From Podarcis filfolensis (taxonomy: Eukaryota): 64,000 nucleotides of DNA. The translations under genes were made by a program, and so were the position numbers. The notes under the pieces are model-generated. The model was not told where the DNA came from. It did not search any database and saw only the letters and a list, made by a program, of their open reading frames with translations. The stretch is from NCBI GenBank assembly GCA_964270895.1, contig OZ185437.1; one strand, given 5' to 3'. Shown in pieces: positions 59,401 to 64,000 of the stretch (positions within the stretch are counted from its first letter, which is position 1; each line of letters starts with the position of its first letter).

Positions 59401-61648
59401 TCTGGTCCAGTTTTTCAGGATCTGTGACTACGACCTGAACACCAAGCTTCATTTTAGTCTTCTGTAAGCTGAAGTCAAGACATGCAATCTTTGCATTTAC
59501 TATTCTCTTGGGCATACCTTTAAAAAGGAGAAAAAACATACCACACACCCTAGGTTGTTTATTAAAAATACAGTATTTCAAAATTATTTTTAAAAATCAA
59601 GTTAGGAATATTCTTTAAAATGTGCTATTAGTAATTCTTGTAGTAAAGTTATTCACCAAAGATTCATTTTCCTGAAACCCACTCTGTTCATAAACCCTCT
59701 AGGCTAAATCAGTGTCCATCCATTCAAATCATGCATTATTGGTTGATACACTTTTACACCACAAATCTTCAGACATCTACTAAAAAGTGAGTCCCACTAA
59801 ATTCAGAGGGCTTACTACCAGGTATGAGGGTGCAGAATTGCAGCCCAAGACAGAAGAGGACCAAGTGTCTCCTACAGTTTATTTAGGATCATACTTTCAT
59901 GTTAAACGGAAGTGTTAACTATATTTTAGGCCATCTACTAATACTTTAGGATTCCTCAGAAAAAGCAAGTGCATGTGTGTCTTTGCTACTAACACAAAAC
60001 TCTATTGCTTTGTTGATAAGAATGTGACCTTACTTTGGGAGCCCACAACACAGTTCAACGCATAGCCATTTACAAGAATGCTCTCTTTCTGACTGCGACC
60101 ATGTGCCTTCAAAACGTTAATGGAGTTGATGGGATAGTGTGCTTGCCCTTTTGAATCCGTGTATTTTACTGCAAGTGCAGCATCCACTACCATGTTGGCA
60201 AAGAAGTCACTGTCACTATAAGAGCACTGTTAAGGAGAATAGGAGCAGTTGAACATCTATTAAATTTACTACACATCTCACATTAAAAAAACATTATAAA
60301 TATCCAAGAGGGTTTCATAGTAGCTAAGACTAATGTCATTATACAGATGCAAATTCTCTGGAAAGACATTCTTAAAGGAATACCAATGATATCAGGATTA
60401 GACCATGCCTTTATGCCTCCCCCACTACATATCTAAGAAAAATTGCTATTTTTCTCTTCAAGGTAGCACTCAATACTTTGCTTCCACAAACTGAAAGGAT
60501 ACATTCCAATGATTTTGGAGGACATTGATGTTTTAGCTGCATTAATAAGGCAGTCCCTGCCCAGCTCATCTGAGTTAATAACAAGGTTCTCATTGATGTA
60601 TCGAACTGCCTCCCTGTTGAATAAAAGTACAATTTTTACAAGGTAGTTATGATTTAATTTTAATACTCTCAATGCTTTGACTACTTACAGAAATTATAAT
60701 ATTAACAGTAATTTCATCTCTTTGAAAATGGAATAATGGCTGAAAATGAGTTATTTCCTTTAATGCCCAGCCATCATTCCAAGGATAGCTTATGAAAGAG
60801 TTTTAAAATACTATGCAACATATAAAACAACCAAGCTGAACCCAGCAAAGAATAAAATACAACCTGGATCAATGAGCTTAATCACAGTAACTTAAGACTG
60901 CCATCCTATGGTGACTTAGAAGGTGTGCGAGGGTCATGGACAGAATGGATCTCCTACACCTGCAGAAGGAGGCTGATCATCTCAAATCTCCTTCTGCAAG
61001 TGCAACAACCTCTACCATTCTTGCTGCTCCGACAGTGGTTAAAGACAAAAACATGGTCCTGCAGGCTTGTGAAATGAAGAGGACATTTGAATCAGTCCTG
61101 GGTACACCTAGACAGCACACACACACAGATGGGACTTAGTCCAATACACCTGGAAAGCATTAGGTTAGCAAATGCTGACACATAAAGCCTATGGCAGCTG
61201 TTCTGCCAATGTATCTCTTTACCTTCAGCATGAATTGCATACGATTGGCCTGTCAGTATGTTAAAAACCCTACATAAAATACGATAAGTCTTTGCCTAGT
61301 GTCAAAAGGATAGCAAAGTGAGAGCCAGCTGAGCCTCCCTACGAAGGACATTCCACATGCAGCATAATACCAGTGCTCTTTCCCTACTTGCCATCCTCCT
61401 TTCTTCTTATGGCTGGAGCCATTAAATGTGCTGTCACTGAGGCAAAATAACACGCTGCCCTAAACTAAAAATCTTAAGATTCAATAAAACTTTAACAGGG
61501 AAGGTTGAAATTGCTCAGCATTAGATTTCACCACTGAACAGTTTTCTTACTTGCAAGCGAGACGATATCCGCTAATGACAGAAGTGGGATGAATTTTCTG
61601 TTTAACCAACTCATCTGCATTTTTCAAAAGTTCTGCAGCAATGATCAC
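56201..61648 (-). CDS. TCP1: T-complex protein 1 subunit alpha (CCT1), partial, exons 4-12; join(61551-61648,60503-60613,60034-60215,59391-59517,58077-58252,57750-57873,57233-57425,56771-56934,56201-56417)
   Basis: [55 protein letters not shown] and [26 protein letters not shown]; all introns GT-AG; exons 1-3 not in window. Confidence 0.97.
56771..56934 (-). CDS. TCP1: TCP1 exon 11 (164 nt)
   Basis: [29 protein letters not shown]...NPERKNLK. Confidence 0.97.
57233..57425 (-). CDS. TCP1: TCP1 exon 10 (193 nt)
   Basis: [64 protein letters not shown]. Confidence 0.97.
57560..57688 (-). ncRNA. SNORA20: H/ACA snoRNA, SNORA20 (ACA20) family, TCP1 intron 9
   Basis: Hairpin AUAGUUGC/GCAGUUAU; GAGCAGUUAUA..UGGGA as in SNORA20; H box AGAUUA; 3' ACA box; same host intron as human (recalled). 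Confidence 0.72.
57750..57873 (-). CDS. TCP1: TCP1 exon 9 (124 nt)
   Basis: [40 protein letters not shown]. Confidence 0.97.
58077..58252 (-). CDS. TCP1: TCP1 exon 8 (176 nt)
   Basis: [58 protein letters not shown]. Confidence 0.97.
58722..58863 (+). mobile_element. Second, more decayed tRNA-derived SINE with CR1-like tail
   Basis: Same tail agatgaccgttgtggtcctttccaactctac as 1131-1268. Confidence 0.65.
59391..59517 (-). CDS. TCP1: TCP1 exon 7 (127 nt)
   Basis: [41 protein letters not shown]. Confidence 0.97.
60034..60215 (-). CDS. TCP1: TCP1 exon 6 (182 nt)
   Basis: [60 protein letters not shown]. Confidence 0.97.
60503..60613 (-). CDS. TCP1: TCP1 exon 5 (111 nt)
   Basis: [36 protein letters not shown]. 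Confidence 0.97.
61551..61648 (-). CDS. TCP1: TCP1 exon 4 (98 nt)
   Basis: [32 protein letters not shown]. Confidence 0.96.
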
Positions 61649-62955
61649 CTGTTAGAAATAACAGAGACACGATTTAACAATATGCAAACTATTCTGTGAA
61701 AAAATTACAGCATAGTCAAGGCATAAACTTAACGAAAAAAGAATGATGGTCTTAATGTGGTAAGTTCATTCTCTTTAGCAGATAGAAGGTATCATTTGCA
61801 GGTCACACGTCTTGCTGGCCCTGGAGGGACCATTAAATTAAATTTCACATCCTTTCTACTTTTTCCAAGATTCCATGGCTTAAGAGGATTTGGCACTGGC
61901 CTGGCACAGTTGTCCTAGCTTATCCTGTCCACCATTGCAAACAGCAGCAGCTTTTGCTGTATGGGGCCCACTTCTTCTCATAGCCTGGGAGCTGAGTTCT
62001 CACCCCAAGTCCATGGCTGCAATGTCTTCCTCTTCAAAAAATAAGCACTTGAGAATACCTAGTATCTGTGTAAGGGAGACATATCCTATCAGATGTCTGC
62101 TCCTTAAGAACCACATGTATGTGTCCAAAAACCTGACCCCCAACCAGCCCTGGCTAGGTGGAAGTGACACGGTAGAGAAGTTAAAAAAAAAAAAGCCTGT
62201 AGATTATGATGCAAGGATAAACATAGATCAGTATATGCCTGTTGTCTTGCGGCAAGCAGGACCAGAAAGTTGGTGAAGAAACAGAAGGCTCTTAATGCAC
62301 AACAGCATCATTATTCATTCGCTTCCCCTCAGATTTTGACACAGTTCTAATACCCTATCAGTAGTAACAGAAGTGGAACATGGGTTGTCCCAAAGGCATT
62401 TAAGGAGACTGGCCTGGCTACAGAAATGGAATCCAAATATGGTCTAAGAATTTTATTTGTTGGTTCTGTTGCTGGGTCAGAATTTAACAACTGCAGTGCT
62501 TTCCCAGGCAAATCTTCCAAAAAGGAAGTTGTTACTTTTGCTTGCTGGGAGATGGGGAAATGATGGCCCCATTTTGTTTCCTCGTAGGTGGTTACTTCTG
62601 GCTACTGCCAAAGCAGGCAGATAAAAACTAAGGTTTGTTCTCATGTTAATGTGAGAAGTTACTGAGTTCTTTGTATAATCAATGTGTGCACGAGGATGGA
62701 AAAAAAAACGAATAAGCATCTTTCAGAGTACAGAAAAGAGTATACTCATCCCTATGCTGTACTGATGCTGGTCTGTCATTCAGAATAGCCAATGCAGTCC
62801 CAAAAACTTTATTTTTCTGCTTCAAGCTACTCTATCTTTTAATTGCACCACCCCCTTACATGATCTTGCAAGAAAGAATAATACTTCTGACAGTAAAGTG
62901 TAACAGGCGTGTTTTCTTTGAATCCAAGCTATAAGCATGCCCAAAATAATTAAGA

Positions 62956-63087
62956 GTATGTACTGCCATTTCATATAGGATGAATACATTGTCAATATTC
63001 TCCTTCAGACCTTTGGCAGTCATTTATTTATCCCATAAGCATAACCACTTATTTTGCAATGCAAATAAGTGGTAGTCAAATGGGAAG
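62956..63087 (-). ncRNA. SNORA29: H/ACA snoRNA, SNORA29 (ACA29) family, TCP1 intron 3
   Basis: Two clean hairpins (UCCCAU/AUGGGA with ACCACUUAUU/AAUAAGUGGU; ACUGCCA/UGGCAGU with AGGA/UCCU and GAAUA/UAUUC); H box AAAUAA; ACA 3 nt from the end; 5' half UUUGACUACCAC..GUGG.UAUGCU.AUGGGA matches SNORA29 as recalled. Confidence 0.85.
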
Positions 63088-63608
63088 ACTTTCCCTCCAG
63101 TTGTAACAGTAAACACAAGTAGCCTTGTAAGTGGGTTCAGGAGCGTAACCTGTTTAAAGATCATTTATGGGAGAAAGGGCCGTATCTAATGCCGCAGCTC
63201 CTCTGGCACTAAGGATGTTTGTGTGTGCAACTGGTCTTCCTCTTCCTCTTGTATCCCTCTAGCCTGCCGTGTGCCCTCAAAATCAACTCTAGAGGACTGA
63301 AGGACCTTCCAGAGTAGATTCCAGAGGTGCAAGAGGGGAGGAAGAAAGGAAACCTAAGAGCTACTGCACCAGTGGAACCTTGCTAGTGCAACACTAGATA
63401 CAGCCCAAGATCTTTTAGAGGAGCGTCTCCACTCCCATCGTTCAGCCCGGACACTGACGTTCAGCTCCGAGGGCCTTCCCAGTAGTGGCACCTGCCCTGC
63501 GGAACTCCCTCCCATCAGATGTCAAGGCAATAAACAACTATCTGACTTTTAGAAGACATCTGCAGGCAACCCTGTTTAGGGAAGTTTTTAATGTTTGATG
63601 TTTTAGCA

Positions 63609-63857
63609 CAGGGGTCAGCAACCTTTTCCAGCCGTGGGCTGGTCCACCGTCCCTCAGACCATGTGGTGGGCTGGACTATATTTTTTGGGGGAAATATGAA
63701 CGAATTCCTATGCCCCACAAATAACCCAGAGATGCATTTTAAATAAAAGCACACATTCTACTCATGTAAAAACAAGCTGATTCCCGGACCATCTGTGGAC
63801 CAGACTGAGAAGGCGATTGGGCCGCATCCGGCCCCCGGGCCTTAGGTTGCCTACCCG
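63609..63857. mobile_element. hAT (Charlie-like) non-autonomous element, inverted copy of the 8348-8601 family
   Basis: CAGGGGTCAGCAACC...GGTTGCCTACCCG; near TSD TTTTAGCA/TTTTAGCG. Confidence 0.82.
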
Positions 63858-64000
63858 TTTTAGCGTGTATGTAATTTTTAAACTGTTTATCAAGTCTGTG
63901 TTAATTATTTCAGCTTGACAGGTTGATTGAGCATACTTCGTTTCAACAACAATAAATGAATAATCCTTTATGTGAAACAGGCTTTTATAAAATAGGCTAA

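Noticed and set aside
60331-60470. Additional H/ACA snoRNA in TCP1 intron 5
   Set aside because: Has a hairpin and a terminal ACAUUA, but no ANANNA H box and a poorly paired second hairpin.
60936-61139. TCP1 exon 3 or a cryptic exon in intron 4
   Set aside because: No match to the exon 3 peptide (DVTITNDGAT...), and the donor is weak. Exon 3 must lie beyond 64000.

Overview
Vertebrate genomic DNA, most likely from a squamate and probably a lacertid lizard, judged from lacertid-type Sauria SINEs, BovB, Squam3-like SINEs and lizard-type MITEs. It covers the SOD2-WTAP-ACAT2-TCP1 cluster. SOD2 (minus, 5 coding exons, 228 aa), WTAP (minus, 7 coding exons plus a non-coding exon 1, 398 aa, with intron-6 short isoforms) and ACAT2 (plus, 9 exons, 396 aa) are complete. 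TCP1 (minus) is represented by exons 4-12; exons 1-3 lie beyond the window end. All exons were placed by hand on GT/AG sites with consistent phases. Two H/ACA snoRNAs (SNORA20-like, SNORA29-like) lie in TCP1 introns. Most six-frame ORFs are spurious. Best leads: (1) Penelope-derived minimal hammerhead ribozyme motifs, one intact and sense within SOD2 intron 3, two inside fold-back palindromes flanking WTAP; (2) a SNORA29-like 5' pocket that matches the 5' region of 28S rRNA; (3) WTAP is inverted relative to the human locus; (4) ACAT2 and TCP1 stop codons are only ~600 bp apart tail-to-tail, with an AATAAA that could create a 3' overlap; (5) candidate WTAP control elements: an overlapping uORF with a CGA run, a poison exon, and an extended alternative C-terminus. 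All comparisons with human or rRNA sequence are from memory and need database confirmation.
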